This document shows, one piece after another, positions 19,467 to 29,525 of a stretch of DNA of 32,000 nucleotides. Position 1 is the first letter of the stretch. Each line of letters begins with the position of its first letter. The translations under genes and the position numbers were made by a program. The DNA comes from Halotalea alkalilenta DSM 17697 (GTDB taxonomy: Bacteria; Pseudomonadota; Gammaproteobacteria; Pseudomonadales; Halomonadaceae): the NCBI RefSeq assembly GCF_000621205.1, contig NZ_JHYY01000021.1, positions 106,719 through 138,718 of the forward strand, given 5' to 3'. Below the pieces are notes generated by a model that saw only the letters and a program-made list of their open reading frames with translations, searched no databases and was not told the DNA's origin.

Positions 19467-20078
19467 ATGACCCTCGCTTCGCGCCGCCACTGGGTGTTCG
19501 ACATGGATGGCACCCTCACCCTCGCGGTCCACGACTTCCCGGCGATCCGTCGCGCGCTGGATATCCCTGAGAATGCCGATATCCTCGGCCACCTAGCCTC
19601 GCTGCCAGCGCAAGAGTCACGCGCCAAGCATGCCTGGCTGCTCGAACATGAGCGCGAGCTCGCCGGCATCTCGCGTCCTGCGCCGGGTGCGGTGGCGCTG
19701 GTGCGACAGCTGCGGGACCAGGGTTGCGAGCTCGGTATTCTCACCCGCAACGCACGCGAGCTGGCCTGGGTCACCCTACGCGCCATCGGCCTGGACGACT
19801 GCTTCACTCCCGCCGAAGTGCTCGGGCGCGACGAAGCGAAGCCGAAACCCGACCCCGATGGCCTCTACAGGCTCGCCGCGCTCTGGAATACAGCGCCTGA
19901 ACGGCTGGTGATGGTCGGCGACGGCGTCCACGATCTCGACGCCGGTCGCCGCGCGGGGGCCTACACCGTGCTGGTCAACCGCGCCGAAGGACACGATCCG
20001 CGCAGCACCCCGCCCTGGCCCGAGCTGGTCGACCTGGAAGTGCGCGACTGCGCTGCGCTGCGCGCTCGGCTCGCTTAA
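19467..20078 (+). CDS. HAD-superfamily hydrolase, phosphoglycolate-phosphatase-like
   Basis: 203 aa. WVFDMDGTLTLAVHDF, LGILTRNARELAWVTL, KPKPDPDGL, VMVGDGVHDLDAGRRAGAYTVLV. Confidence 0.9.
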   Translation: MTLASRRHWVFDMDGTLTLAVHDFPAIRRALDIPENADILGHLASLPAQESRAKHAWLLEHERELAGISRPAPGAVALVRQLRDQGCELGILTRNARELAWVTLRAIGLDDCFTPAEVLGRDEAKPKPDPDGLYRLAALWNTAPERLVMVGDGVHDLDAGRRAGAYTVLVNRAEGHDPRSTPPWPELVDLEVRDCAALRARLA

Positions 20079-20156
20079 AATACATAGTCGTTCGAGGCCA
20101 TCCTCGGCTCATCGATCTAACCTGGAGTCTCACCCATCGACCCAGGAGCCTCATCG

Positions 20157-21494
20157 ATGCACTCATCGCTCACCCGCCGTCGCTTCACCACCCTGCTCGG
20201 CGCAGGCCTGGCCGCTGGCGCCCTACCGCTGTCCTGGGCCGACGATCACAGCGCTGGGCGCACCGTACTACTGAACCTGCGCCCGTTCGACGGCGAGCGC
20301 ATGGGCCCGCCCTCGGCGCTGCTGGTCGAAGGCCAGCGGATCGTCGCGATCGCGCCGATGGAGCGGTTCGAGATCCCCGCGGATGCCCGCCGGATCGACT
20401 ACCAGGGCCGCTGGGTCATGCCCGGCCTGGTCTGCGATCATGCCCACGTCGGCCTGGTCAGCGGCACTGAGCAAGGGCGACGGTTCTTCACCACCGACAA
20501 CGCGATCGCCTCGCTTCGACGCTTCCAGCGCTTCGGCGTCACCTCGGTGATGTCGTTGGGCATGACCCCGACCCCTGACCCCGAGGACCTCGCGCGGCTG
20601 CGCGACGATCCGGCCAGCGGCGCGGCCTTCTTCACCGGCGGCCCGGGCATCTACGCCCCGGATGGTCTGTCGCCGCGCCCGCAGGACGCCGAGCAAGCGC
20701 GTCAAGCGGTACGTGAGCTGGCGCAGCAGCCCATCGATATGTTCAAACTGTGGGTAGATCGCTTCGGCGATGTGCCGCCCATGAGTCCAGAGAGCTATCG
20801 CGCCGCGATCGACGAAGCGCACGCGCTGGGCTATCGGGTCGCGGGCCACGTCCGTGCCCTCGAACACGCCAAGGGTCTGATCGATGCGGGCGTCGACGTG
20901 ATCGCCCACGGAGTGCGCGATCGCGAGGTCGACGACGATTTCATCCGTACGCTGCAGGAGAGCGGTACCTGGTACATCCCTACCTTGCATCTCGACGAGG
21001 CGACCTTCCTGTTCGCTGACGAGCCCGAGCGGCTCGAGGATCCTTTCCTGCTCGCCGCGCTCGATCCCGCGATGCGCGAACGCTTCGGCAACGCCGAGTG
21101 GCGGCGCGAGCAAGCGGCAAGCGCAGAGGCGGCCGAAGCGCGACGAAACCTGGCCATGAACCTCACCAACATGGGCAGACTGATCGAAGCAGGGGGCGTT
21201 CGTTTCGGCTTCGGCACCGATGCCGGCGCCTTTCCCCACCGCCTGCCGGGATTCGCCGAGCATCGCGAGCTCGAGCTGCTGGTACGGGCGGGGATGTCCG
21301 CACCGAAGGCGCTCGATACCGCCACCCGTCAAGCTAGCGCGCTGCTGGGACAAGACGACCGCGGCCGGCTCGCCCCAGGCACGCGCGCGGACCTGGTGGT
21401 GCTCGATGCCGACCCTCTCGAGGCCATCGTCAACAGCCGGCGCATCCATGCCGTCTGGCAGCAGGGCCGGCAGGTCTCAACGGCAAGCGCCTGA
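20157..21494 (+). CDS. Tat-exported metal-dependent amidohydrolase family protein
   Basis: 445 aa. Twin-arginine leader LTRRRFTTLLGAGLAAGALPLSWA, VMPGLVCDHAHVG, HVRALEHAKGLIDAGVDVIAHG, FGFGTDAGAFPH, GRLAPGTRADLVVLDADPL. Confidence 0.87.
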   Translation: MHSSLTRRRFTTLLGAGLAAGALPLSWADDHSAGRTVLLNLRPFDGERMGPPSALLVEGQRIVAIAPMERFEIPADARRIDYQGRWVMPGLVCDHAHVGLVSGTEQGRRFFTTDNAIASLRRFQRFGVTSVMSLGMTPTPDPEDLARLRDDPASGAAFFTGGPGIYAPDGLSPRPQDAEQARQAVRELAQQPIDMFKLWVDRFGDVPPMSPESYRAAIDEAHALGYRVAGHVRALEHAKGLIDAGVDVIAHGVRDREVDDDFIRTLQESGTWYIPTLHLDEATFLFADEPERLEDPFLLAALDPAMRERFGNAEWRREQAASAEAAEARRNLAMNLTNMGRLIEAGGVRFGFGTDAGAFPHRLPGFAEHRELELLVRAGMSAPKALDTATRQASALLGQDDRGRLAPGTRADLVVLDADPLEAIVNSRRIHAVWQQGRQVSTASA

Positions 21495-21531
21495 AACACC
21501 AAAAACGAGCGACGAACGGGGTTCCAAGTCC

Positions 21532-22815
21532 TCAGCCGCGCGAGGCCAAGGGCGCATCGCCCTGGACGGCGACCGGCTCGCCGCCGCCGAACAGCAGCCG
21601 CACGGAGTCGACGGTGCGGGAGATGAACCCGCCCTCGGCCACCGGCTCGACCGCATAGAGCGCACCGCTCGCGACTACCCGCTCGCCGAGCAGCACCCGA
21701 TAGCTGCCCACCGCCTCGCCCGCGTTGACCGGCGCCAGCAGCGGCGCGCGCGCGCCGACCAGCTCGCTGCGCAACGTCTTCGGGTCGATATCGTCCGGCA
21801 GCGACAGCACCAGGTCGTGGTCGGTGGCCACGCCGAGCCGGTCGCTCGCACCCTTCCAGACCGGCAGGTCGCCGAACGGTACCCCGGCACGGGCGAGCTG
21901 GACGTTATGGAAACGGCTATAGCCGTAGTCGAGCAGGACCTTCGCATCGTCGAAGCGACGCAGGTCGCTGTCCGCGCCCAGCACTACCGCGAACATCCGC
22001 CGCGACCCGCCGTTTACTTGAGGCCGCTTGGCCGAGGCGATCACACAGTAGCCGGCGGCCGAGGTATAGCCGGTCTTGAGCCCGTCCACGCTGCGGTCGT
22101 CGCCGCCGACCATCAGGTTGGTCGCGTGCTTGACGAACTGGCCGTGGCGAAAGACCGGCTCGGCGGAGATCTGGTAGTAGCCCGGGAATTCACGGGTCAG
22201 CGCCAGCGCCAGTCGACCGAGATCGCGCGCGGTCGAGTAGTGCCCCGGCGCGGTGATCCCGGAGACGTTGGCGAACCGGGTATCGCGCATGCCGAGCCGC
22301 GCCGCCTCCTGGTTCATCTCGGCGACGAAACGAGGGATATCGCCCGCCTGCGCCACCGCCAGGGTGATCGCCGCATCGTTGGCCGAGGCAATGATCAGCC
22401 CACGCATCAGCGTGGCGATGCTGATTCGCTCGCCGGGCACCAGGTACATCTTGGACTCGTCGCCGGCGACCTCACGCACCGCCTGCGGCACGGTCACCGT
22501 ATCATCCCAATCGAGGCGGCCCGCCTCGATCGCACGGAACACCACGAAGGTGGTCATCAGCTTGGTCAGCGAAGCCATCGACCGGCGCCGATCGGCATCA
22601 TGCTCGGCCAGCACCTGGCCTGAATCGCCATCGAGCAGCAGCCAGGAGGGCGCCTCGACGCCGCTCGGCGGCGCCACGGCCTGCGCCGGCATGGCTTGGA
22701 CCAGGCCGAAGATCGAAAGCCAACCCACCAGCACCACGCGGATCAAGGCGGATGAACGGGAGATAATCGACGGCGACGACGATGCGAGCGGAGCGGAAGA
22801 GATCGAGCGAAACAT
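21532..22815 (-). CDS. D-alanyl-D-alanine carboxypeptidase (penicillin-binding protein, DacA/DacC family)
   Basis: 427 aa. Signal peptide, SMASLTKLMTTFV (SxxK), SANDAAITLA (SxN), LKTGYTSAAGYC (KTG), C-terminal PBP5-like domain. Confidence 0.93.
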   Translation of the reverse strand: MFRSISSAPLASSSPSIISRSSALIRVVLVGWLSIFGLVQAMPAQAVAPPSGVEAPSWLLLDGDSGQVLAEHDADRRRSMASLTKLMTTFVVFRAIEAGRLDWDDTVTVPQAVREVAGDESKMYLVPGERISIATLMRGLIIASANDAAITLAVAQAGDIPRFVAEMNQEAARLGMRDTRFANVSGITAPGHYSTARDLGRLALALTREFPGYYQISAEPVFRHGQFVKHATNLMVGGDDRSVDGLKTGYTSAAGYCVIASAKRPQVNGGSRRMFAVVLGADSDLRRFDDAKVLLDYGYSRFHNVQLARAGVPFGDLPVWKGASDRLGVATDHDLVLSLPDDIDPKTLRSELVGARAPLLAPVNAGEAVGSYRVLLGERVVASGALYAVEPVAEGGFISRTVDSVRLLFGGGEPVAVQGDAPLASRG

Positions 22816-22903
22816 GCGGCTACCGGCCTGGGGGGCATGACGCGCCCCGTGAATGGAGCGCGCATCATAGCCTTCGCCTCGGCCTCCAGCGACCCCGAAA
22901 GGC

Positions 22904-23722
22904 TCAGCTCAGGTGGGCAGCGAGGCGATCGCGGCGCTCGAGCAGGAAGGGCAGGAAGCGCTCGGTAAGGGTCTGCATGTCGACCCTGGAAGCGTTGGTG
23001 CTCAGGTTGATCGCCCCGAGCAGCCTCCCCCCCGCGGTGCGCAGCGGTACGGCCAGCGAACGCAGGCCGGAGTCGAGCTCCTGGTCGACGATGCAGTAGC
23101 CCAGCCCGCGAGCCTCGAGGATCCGTTCGCGCAGACGCGCTCGGTCGGTGATGGTGTTCGAGGTGTAGGTCTTGAGTTCGAGCCCCGCCAGCCGGGCGTC
23201 GAGAGATTCGTCGTCGAGGCATGCGAGCAGCATGCGTCCCATCGAGGTCGCCGCCGCCGGCAACCGGGTGCCGACCGAGAGCGAAATCGCCATCAGCCGC
23301 TGTTTTGAAGCCGAGCGCGCGGCGTAGACCACGTCGTCACCGTCGAGTACGCCGAGCGAGGAGGATTCACCGAGCGCCTCGGTGATCTCCTCCAGCGCTT
23401 GCTGCACCGCACCGAGATAATCGTTGGCGGAAAGAAAGGAGTAACCGAGCGAAAGCACCTTGGGCGCCAGCTCGAAGTAGCGATGGCGCTTCACCACATA
23501 GCCAAGCGAGTGCAGGGTGAGCAGAAAGCGCCGGGCGCGGGCGCGGTTCATCCCGGTACGCTCGGCGACCTCGGAGAGCGTCATGCTGCGATGCAGCTCA
23601 TCGAAGGCGGTAATCACTTCCAGGCCGCTGGCGAGCGCAGTGACGAAATCGCGATCGTCGGGGCTCAAGCCCCCTTCTCCGCCCGACAGGGAGGGCTGCT
23701 GCGTATCGGACGACATGGGCAT
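22904..23722 (-). CDS. pcaR: IclR family transcriptional regulator, PcaR/PobR/CatR-like
   Basis: ORF begins at 23785, likely start at 23722 or 23716. RDFVTALASGLEVITAFDELHRSMTLSEVAERTGMNRARARRFLLTLHSLGYV, ARSASKQRLMAISLSVGTRLPAAATSMGRMLLA. Divergent from pcaB. Confidence 0.85.
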   Translation of the reverse strand: MPMSSDTQQPSLSGGEGGLSPDDRDFVTALASGLEVITAFDELHRSMTLSEVAERTGMNRARARRFLLTLHSLGYVVKRHRYFELAPKVLSLGYSFLSANDYLGAVQQALEEITEALGESSSLGVLDGDDVVYAARSASKQRLMAISLSVGTRLPAAATSMGRMLLACLDDESLDARLAGLELKTYTSNTITDRARLRERILEARGLGYCIVDQELDSGLRSLAVPLRTAGGRLLGAINLSTNASRVDMQTLTERFLPFLLERRDRLAAHLS

Positions 23723-23814
23723 CCTCGCTTGTCTGTTATCTGCTCGCGCGAACCAGCGAACGCCTTTCACCCCGTTCGTGGGCAAGGCCTCGATGCGCCC
23801 GACCCTAGCATAGA

Positions 23815-23829
23815 GTTCGCATGGCGTAC
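23815..23829 (+). promoter_or_regulatory. Candidate pca operator upstream of pcaB (GTTCGCATGGCGTAC)
   Basis: Matches the element upstream of the PcaK-like gene (GTTCGCATAGCGTAA) and shares GTTCGCAT with the one upstream of pcaI. Confidence 0.5.
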
Positions 23830-23928
23830 ACCTGTACTCATTACCTATCCGAGCATCTGCCGCTAAGGCACTATTGTGCTATCCCCTCGCCCCCACTTTC
23901 TCTAGCAGGCTCCAATGGAGGTCACCCC

Positions 23929-25095
23929 ATGACCAGCCATGTCCATCTTCTTTCACGCCCACTGATGAGCGCAGCGGCTCTCGAGCATTTCAGCGCCGAA
24001 GCGCTGGTAGGCGCGATGCTGCGCTTCGAGCTCGAGCTCGCTGGCGCAGAGGAGCTCGCCGGCGAGCTGCCCGAAGGCAGCCAGGCCGCGCTTGCGCGCC
24101 ACCTCGAAGGACACCGCTTCGACATCTTGCGACTCGAGGAGGAGATCCAGCGCGGCGGCAACGTGGCGATTCCCTTCGTCCGCCAGGCCAAGGAAGCGTT
24201 GCCCGAGCCGCTGCGCAAGGTTTTTCATCTCGCCGCCACCAGTCAGGACGTGCTCGACAGCGCGCTGATGCAGCTCACCCAGGCACGATTGCCGCTGCTG
24301 CTCGCGCTCATCGCCCGGGTCGAGCGGGCGCTGGCGCAATTGATCGAGAGCGAAACCGACACCTTGATGATCGGCCGCACGCTGATGCAGCAGGCGCTGC
24401 CGATCAGCTTCGGGGTCAAGGCTGCCCAATGGGCGCTGGGACTCGACCAGGCCGCGGGCCGCCTGGCCGCGATCGAGCAGAAGCGGCTGCCGGTGCAGTT
24501 CGGCGGGCCGGTCGGAATGCTCGAAGGACTCGAGAATGGTCCCGCGGTGATGGACGCACTCGCCGCTCGCCTCGGCCTTCATGCCCCGGCGCTGCCTTGG
24601 CATACCGATCGCCAGCCGGTTCACGCGCTGGCCACCGGTATCGACGCGGTGGCCGGCGCGCTCGAGAAGTTCGCCCTCGACATCTCGCTGCTGACCCAGA
24701 GCGAGATCGGCGAAGTCCGCGAGCCCGGCGGCAAGGGCGTGGGGGAATCCTCCTCGATGCCGCACAAGCGCAACCCGGTGCGCTGCGCGCTGATCATCGC
24801 CGCCGCGCGCCAGATCCACGGGCTGAGCCGGGTCGTCACCGATGCCTGCGCCCAGCCGCTGGAGCGCGGACTCGGCCAGTGGCACGCCGAGTGGGCACCG
24901 CTGATCGAGCTCCAGGCGCTGCTCGAAGGAGCATTGGAACATGCCGCCACCCTGGCCGAAGGACTCGAGCTCGACCGCGAAGCGATGCGCACCAACCTCG
25001 CCGCCGCCGGCCACGCCGACGCGGGAAGCAGCGACAACGCCAGGCTGCTGTGCCAGCGCGCACTCAAGGCCCTGCATCGTTCGCCCCAGTGCTGA
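23929..25095 (+). CDS. pcaB: 3-carboxy-cis,cis-muconate cycloisomerase
   Basis: 388 aa from ATG at 23929, preceded by GGAGG. Fumarase/ASL superfamily signature GKGVGESSSMPHKRNPVRC. GGNVAIPFVRQ, ATSQDVLDSALM. Confidence 0.93.
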   Translation: MTSHVHLLSRPLMSAAALEHFSAEALVGAMLRFELELAGAEELAGELPEGSQAALARHLEGHRFDILRLEEEIQRGGNVAIPFVRQAKEALPEPLRKVFHLAATSQDVLDSALMQLTQARLPLLLALIARVERALAQLIESETDTLMIGRTLMQQALPISFGVKAAQWALGLDQAAGRLAAIEQKRLPVQFGGPVGMLEGLENGPAVMDALAARLGLHAPALPWHTDRQPVHALATGIDAVAGALEKFALDISLLTQSEIGEVREPGGKGVGESSSMPHKRNPVRCALIIAAARQIHGLSRVVTDACAQPLERGLGQWHAEWAPLIELQALLEGALEHAATLAEGLELDREAMRTNLAAAGHADAGSSDNARLLCQRALKALHRSPQC

Positions 25096-25288
25096 TGGCA
25101 GCAGCAAACGGAAGCCGAAAAATCCTAGACCTTGGTCGTAACCAGCCCGCCCCTATGCTTCCCCTCACCGAGCCTGGGAGGACGCCAACAGTCTGATAAT
25201 CATCGGATTTATGTATTCCTCGCGGCGATGGTGGGAAACCGCGGCCGGCCGAGGGCGAATTGATTTTCGCCAGCGCCGGGCATAGCTT

Positions 25289-25322
25289 GTTCGCATATCA
25301 AATATTTGTTCACCAAACGAAT
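25289..25322 (+). promoter_or_regulatory. Candidate pca operator upstream of pcaI (GTTCGCATATCAAAT...GTTCACCAAACGAAT)
   Basis: Two GTTC half-sites starting 19 bp apart (25289 and 25308), the same spacing as upstream of the PcaK-like gene. Confidence 0.5.
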
Positions 25323-25350
25323 ACATCCACCACGCTGCGCCGAAGGAGCC

Positions 25351-26199
25351 ATGTCCATGGCCGAATTCCTGAGCCTCGAGGAGGCGATCTCCCGCTACGT
25401 CGAAGACGGCGCGACGGTCGCCCTCGAAGGTTTCACCCACTTGATCCCCTACGCCGCCGGTCACGAGATCATTCGCCAGGGCAGGCGCGAACTGACCCTG
25501 ATGCGGATGACGCCGGACATCCTCTACGACCAGATGATCGGCATGGGCTGCGCGAGGAAGCTGATCTTCTCCTGGGGCGGCAACCCTGGCGTCGGTTCGC
25601 TGCACCGCATGCGCGATGCGGTCGAGCGCGGCTACCCGCGCCCGCTCGAGCTGCTCGAGCACAGCCACGCGGCCATGGCCCATGCCTACGAGGCCGGTGC
25701 CGCCGGCCTGCCGCTGGCGGTGATGCGCGGCTACATCGGCAGCGACCTGCCCCAGGTCAATCCCGATATCCGCCATATCGAGTGTCCGTTCACCGGCGAG
25801 AAGCTCGCTGCGATCCCCTCCAACCGGCCGGACGTGGCGATCATCCATGCCCAGAAGGCCGACCGGGCCGGCAACGTGCTGGTCGAGGGCATCATCGGGG
25901 TACAGAAGGAGGCGGTGCTCGCCGCCCGCGTCGCGCTGGTCACCGTCGAGGAGCGAGTCGACGAGCTGGACACCCACCCCAACGCGTGTGTACTGCCGGC
26001 CTGGACGATCGACGCGATCAGCGTGGTGCCGCGCGGCGCCTGGCCCTCCTATGCCCACGGCTACTACGCCCGCGACAACGGTTTCTACAAGAGCTGGGAT
26101 GCGATCGCCCGCGACCGCGACGCGTTCGCCGCCTGGATGCGGGAACACGTGATCGAGCCCCAGTCCGCCGAACGATCCACCATCGGGAGCCCGTCATGA
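25351..26199 (+). CDS. pcaI: 3-oxoadipate CoA-transferase subunit A
   Basis: ORF 25306-26199, likely start at 25351 after GAAGGA. VALEGFTHLIPYAAGHEIIRQGRRELTLMRMTPDILYDQMIG, KLIFSWGGNPGVGSLHR, type I CoA-transferase. Confidence 0.93.
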   Translation: MSMAEFLSLEEAISRYVEDGATVALEGFTHLIPYAAGHEIIRQGRRELTLMRMTPDILYDQMIGMGCARKLIFSWGGNPGVGSLHRMRDAVERGYPRPLELLEHSHAAMAHAYEAGAAGLPLAVMRGYIGSDLPQVNPDIRHIECPFTGEKLAAIPSNRPDVAIIHAQKADRAGNVLVEGIIGVQKEAVLAARVALVTVEERVDELDTHPNACVLPAWTIDAISVVPRGAWPSYAHGYYARDNGFYKSWDAIARDRDAFAAWMREHVIEPQSAERSTIGSPS

Positions 26200-27050
26200 G
26201 CGATACCGTACCAGTCCGCGACGGCGCCGACGCCGCGCTCGACTACAGCTTCGAGGAGATGATGACCGTCACCGCCGCGCGCGCGCTCGGCAACGGCACC
26301 ACCTGCTTCGTCGGCATCGGCCTGCCCAGCCAGGCGGCCAATCTCGCCCGGCTCACCCATGCCCCCGAGGTGGTGCTGATCTACGAATCGGGCACGGTGC
26401 AGACCAGGCCCGAGGTGCTGCCACTGTCGATCGGCGACGGCGAGCTGTGCGAGACCGCGCTGACCACCGTCTCGGTACCCGAGATGTTCCGCTACTGGCT
26501 GCAGGGCGGGCGGATCGACGTCGGCTTCCTCGGCGCCGCCCAGGTCGACCGCTACGCCAACCTCAACTCGACATTGATCGGCGACTACCGCAACCCCAAG
26601 GTGCGCCTGCCCGGCGGCGGCGGGGCGCCGGAGATCGGCACCCACTCGCGCGAGGTGTTCATCATGCTCAAGCACTCCAAGCGCACCTTCGTTCGCGACG
26701 TCGATTTCATCACCACGCTCGGCTTCGGCCGCGACGGCCAGGCGCGCGCGCAACTTCCCCCGCAGACCGCCAGCCACGTAGGTCGAGGTCCGACCAAGGT
26801 GATCACCGACCTGTGCGTGCTCGCCCCCGAGGCCGGCAGCAACGAACTGGTGGTCGTATCGATCCATCCGGGCGTCAGCCGCGATCGGATCCGCGATGCC
26901 ACCGGCTGGGAGATTCGCTTCTCCGACCGGGTCGAGGTCACGCCGGCGCCGGACGCCCGCTCGCTGGAGGCGCTGCGCGCGCTGAAGGCGCGCACCGAGG
27001 CGCACCACGACAGCGCCCAGGCGGATTTCACCGCCAGCGCCAAGGAGTGA
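26196..27050 (+). CDS. pcaJ: 3-oxoadipate CoA-transferase subunit B
   Basis: 284 aa. CFVGIGLPSQAANLARLTHAPEVVLIYESGTV (catalytic ESG), LPGGGGAPEIGTHSREVFIMLKHSKRTFV. ATGA overlap with pcaI. Confidence 0.93.
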   Translation: MSDTVPVRDGADAALDYSFEEMMTVTAARALGNGTTCFVGIGLPSQAANLARLTHAPEVVLIYESGTVQTRPEVLPLSIGDGELCETALTTVSVPEMFRYWLQGGRIDVGFLGAAQVDRYANLNSTLIGDYRNPKVRLPGGGGAPEIGTHSREVFIMLKHSKRTFVRDVDFITTLGFGRDGQARAQLPPQTASHVGRGPTKVITDLCVLAPEAGSNELVVVSIHPGVSRDRIRDATGWEIRFSDRVEVTPAPDARSLEALRALKARTEAHHDSAQADFTASAKE

Positions 27051-27054
27051 AGGG

Positions 27055-28284
27055 ATGAACGATGCCTATATCTGCACCCCGCTGCGCTCGGCCATCGGCC
27101 GCTTCGGCGGCACGCTCGCCGCAGTGCGTCCGGACGATCTCGCCGCACGGCTGATCGAGGCCGTGCTGGCCGAAAATCCCCGGCTCGACCCGCAAGCGAT
27201 CGAGGATGTGATCTTCGGCTGCGCCAACCAGGCTGGGGAGGACAATCGCAGCGTGGCGCGGATGGCCGCGCTGCTCGCGGGGCTGCCGACCAGCGTGCCG
27301 GGCACCACGGTCAACCGGCTGTGTGGCTCAAGCCTGGATGCGATCGGCTATGCCGCGCGGACGATCTTCTCCGGCGAGGCGGAGCTCCTGCTGGTCGGCG
27401 GAGTCGAATCGATGTCCCGCGCTCCCTATGTGATGGGCAAGGCGCAAAGCGCCTTCGGCCGCGACCAGCGGATCGAGGACACCACCATCGGCTGGCGCTT
27501 CGTCAATCCGAAGATGGAGGCCGCCTACGGGGTCGACTCGATGCCCGAGACCGCCGAGAACGTCGCCCAGCAGTTCGGCATCTCGCGCGCGGACCAGGAC
27601 GCCTTCGCACTGCGCTCGCAGCAGAAGACCGCCGCCGCCCAGGAGAGCGGACGGCTGGCGCGTGAGATCGTGGCGGTCGAAATCCCCCGCCGCAAGCAGG
27701 ATCCGCTGCGCTTCGAGATCGACGAGCACCCGCGCGCCGACACTACCCTGGAAAAGCTCGCCAGGCTTCCCGCCCCGTTTCGCGCCGAAGGCGGCAGCGT
27801 GACTGCCGGCAACGCCTCGGGGGTCAACGATGGCGCGGTGGCGATGCTGCTGGCCTCCCGGCGGGCAGTGACGAAGCACGGGCTGAAGCCGATCGCCAAG
27901 GTGCTCGGTGTCGCCGTGGCCGGGGTCGAGCCGCGGATCATGGGCATCGGCCCGGTGCCGGCGACCCGCAAGCTGCTCGCGCGGCTGGGTCTCTCGATCG
28001 AGCGGATGGACGTGATCGAACTCAACGAAGCCTTCGCCGCCCAGGCGCTGGCCTGCCTGCGCGAGCTCGGCATCGATGACGACGATCCCAGGGTCAACCC
28101 CAACGGCGGCGCGATTGCGCTCGGCCACCCGCTCGGCATGTCCGGCGCGCGGCTGGTCGCTACCGCCGCTCATCAGCTCGAGCAGGGCGGCGGGCGCTAT
28201 GCGCTGTGCACCATGTGCATCGGCGTCGGCCAGGGGATCGCTGCGGTGATCGAGCGGGTCGACGGCCGTCCAGAGGAGCTATGA
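27055..28284 (+). CDS. pcaF: 3-oxoadipyl-CoA thiolase
   Basis: 409 aa. [77 protein letters not shown]. Confidence 0.96.
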   Translation: MNDAYICTPLRSAIGRFGGTLAAVRPDDLAARLIEAVLAENPRLDPQAIEDVIFGCANQAGEDNRSVARMAALLAGLPTSVPGTTVNRLCGSSLDAIGYAARTIFSGEAELLLVGGVESMSRAPYVMGKAQSAFGRDQRIEDTTIGWRFVNPKMEAAYGVDSMPETAENVAQQFGISRADQDAFALRSQQKTAAAQESGRLAREIVAVEIPRRKQDPLRFEIDEHPRADTTLEKLARLPAPFRAEGGSVTAGNASGVNDGAVAMLLASRRAVTKHGLKPIAKVLGVAVAGVEPRIMGIGPVPATRKLLARLGLSIERMDVIELNEAFAAQALACLRELGIDDDDPRVNPNGGAIALGHPLGMSGARLVATAAHQLEQGGGRYALCTMCIGVGQGIAAVIERVDGRPEEL

Positions 28285-28285
28285 G

Positions 28286-29470
28286 ATGGAATTCTTCGAT
28301 CGCGGCGGCCGTCTGATCGGCTATCGCTTGCTCGGCCCCGAGGCCGCACCGCTGGTAGTGCTCGCCCATCCACTAGGAATGTCTCAATCGGTGTGGGACG
28401 GCGTGCTGCCGGCGCTGCTCAAGCGCCATCGGGTGCTGACCTGGGACCTGCCCGGCCACGGCGCCAGCGCTCCCTGTGATGGGCCCTTGACGCTCGACGC
28501 ACTGGTCGAGGACCTGCTGGCGCTGGTCGCACTCGCCGGTAGCGAACGTTTCGACTTCGTCGGCACCTCGATCGGCGGTGTGATCGGCCAGGCGCTGCTG
28601 CGCGACCATCGCGCGCGACTGAATCAGGTGGTGCTGACCAACACCGGCGCAAGGATCGGCACGCCCGAACATTGGGCCGCCCGCGCCGAGCGGGTGCTGG
28701 AAGAGGGGCTTTCGACGCTCGCCCCCGAGCTCGCACCGCGCTGGTTCTCGCCGGTCAGCCGCGAGCGCGCCGGGCTGGTCGAGGGCTGGACGCAGGGGCT
28801 CGCTCGCACTGACGATCGAAGCTATGCCCGGCTCTGCGCGGTACTGGCCGGGTTCGAAGGCCCCGAATTGGATGCCGATGCCGCACGCGGGGTGCACCTG
28901 CTCGGCGGCGCGGACGATCTGTCGACGCCGCCGCAGACGCTCGAGTCACTGGCCGCGAAGCTTGCCGATGCACCGCTCGAGATCCTCGAGCACGTCGGCC
29001 ATGTGCCTTCGGTCGAGGCGCCGGACGTACTCGCCGCTCGTCTCGATGCATGGCTTGCGCCCGCGCGTGAAGGGCTGGGCATGCATGGGGTCGACTTCGA
29101 TACCGGGATAGAAATCCGCAAGCGGGTGCTCGGCACCGAGCACGTCGAGCGCTCACTGGAGCGCGCCACCCCCCTGGATGCACCGTTCCAGCAGCTGATC
29201 ACCCGCTTCGCCTGGGGCGAGCTGTGGGGAGACCCGACCCTGTCGGTGACCCAGCGCAGCCACATCACTCTCGCGATCCTCGCTGCGCTGGGCCGTGATG
29301 GCGAGCTCGCACTGCACCTGCGCACCGCCCGCCGCACCGGCGTCAGCGAAGCGGAGCTGCGCCAGGTGATGATGCACGTTGCCACCTACGCCGGTGTCCC
29401 GGCCGCCAACCATGCGCTTGCGATGGCGCGCCAGCATGGCTGGGGCGACAGGCCCACGGCGCTCGAATGA
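28286..29470 (+). CDS. pcaDC: Bifunctional 3-oxoadipate enol-lactonase / 4-carboxymuconolactone decarboxylase (PcaD-PcaC fusion, PcaL type)
   Basis: 394 aa. N-terminal alpha/beta hydrolase (DLPGHGAS, VGTSIGGVIGQ, HVGHVPSVEAP) fused to a CMD domain (GIEIRKRVLGTEHVERS...FAWGELWGDPTLSVTQRSHITLAILAALG). Confidence 0.95.
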   Translation: MEFFDRGGRLIGYRLLGPEAAPLVVLAHPLGMSQSVWDGVLPALLKRHRVLTWDLPGHGASAPCDGPLTLDALVEDLLALVALAGSERFDFVGTSIGGVIGQALLRDHRARLNQVVLTNTGARIGTPEHWAARAERVLEEGLSTLAPELAPRWFSPVSRERAGLVEGWTQGLARTDDRSYARLCAVLAGFEGPELDADAARGVHLLGGADDLSTPPQTLESLAAKLADAPLEILEHVGHVPSVEAPDVLAARLDAWLAPAREGLGMHGVDFDTGIEIRKRVLGTEHVERSLERATPLDAPFQQLITRFAWGELWGDPTLSVTQRSHITLAILAALGRDGELALHLRTARRTGVSEAELRQVMMHVATYAGVPAANHALAMARQHGWGDRPTALE

Positions 29471-29525
29471 GCGACCACTGACTTTCGAAGCGCCGCCGTG
29501 AGCGGCACGAAGGAGGACATATAGA

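Noticed and set aside
21220-22623. 467-aa plus-strand ORF opposite the D-Ala-D-Ala carboxypeptidase
   Set aside because: Antisense shadow of a gene with intact SxxK/SxN/KTG motifs.
23874-25196. 440-aa plus-strand ORF overlapping pcaB
   Set aside because: Out-of-frame Arg-rich shadow. The pcaB frame carries the complete superfamily signature and an RBS.
25260-27050. 596-aa ORF read as a large protein containing PcaJ
   Set aside because: Only the C-terminal part (from ATG at 26196) is PcaJ. The upstream part is an Arg-rich frame-shadow of pcaI. It is not a genuine fusion.
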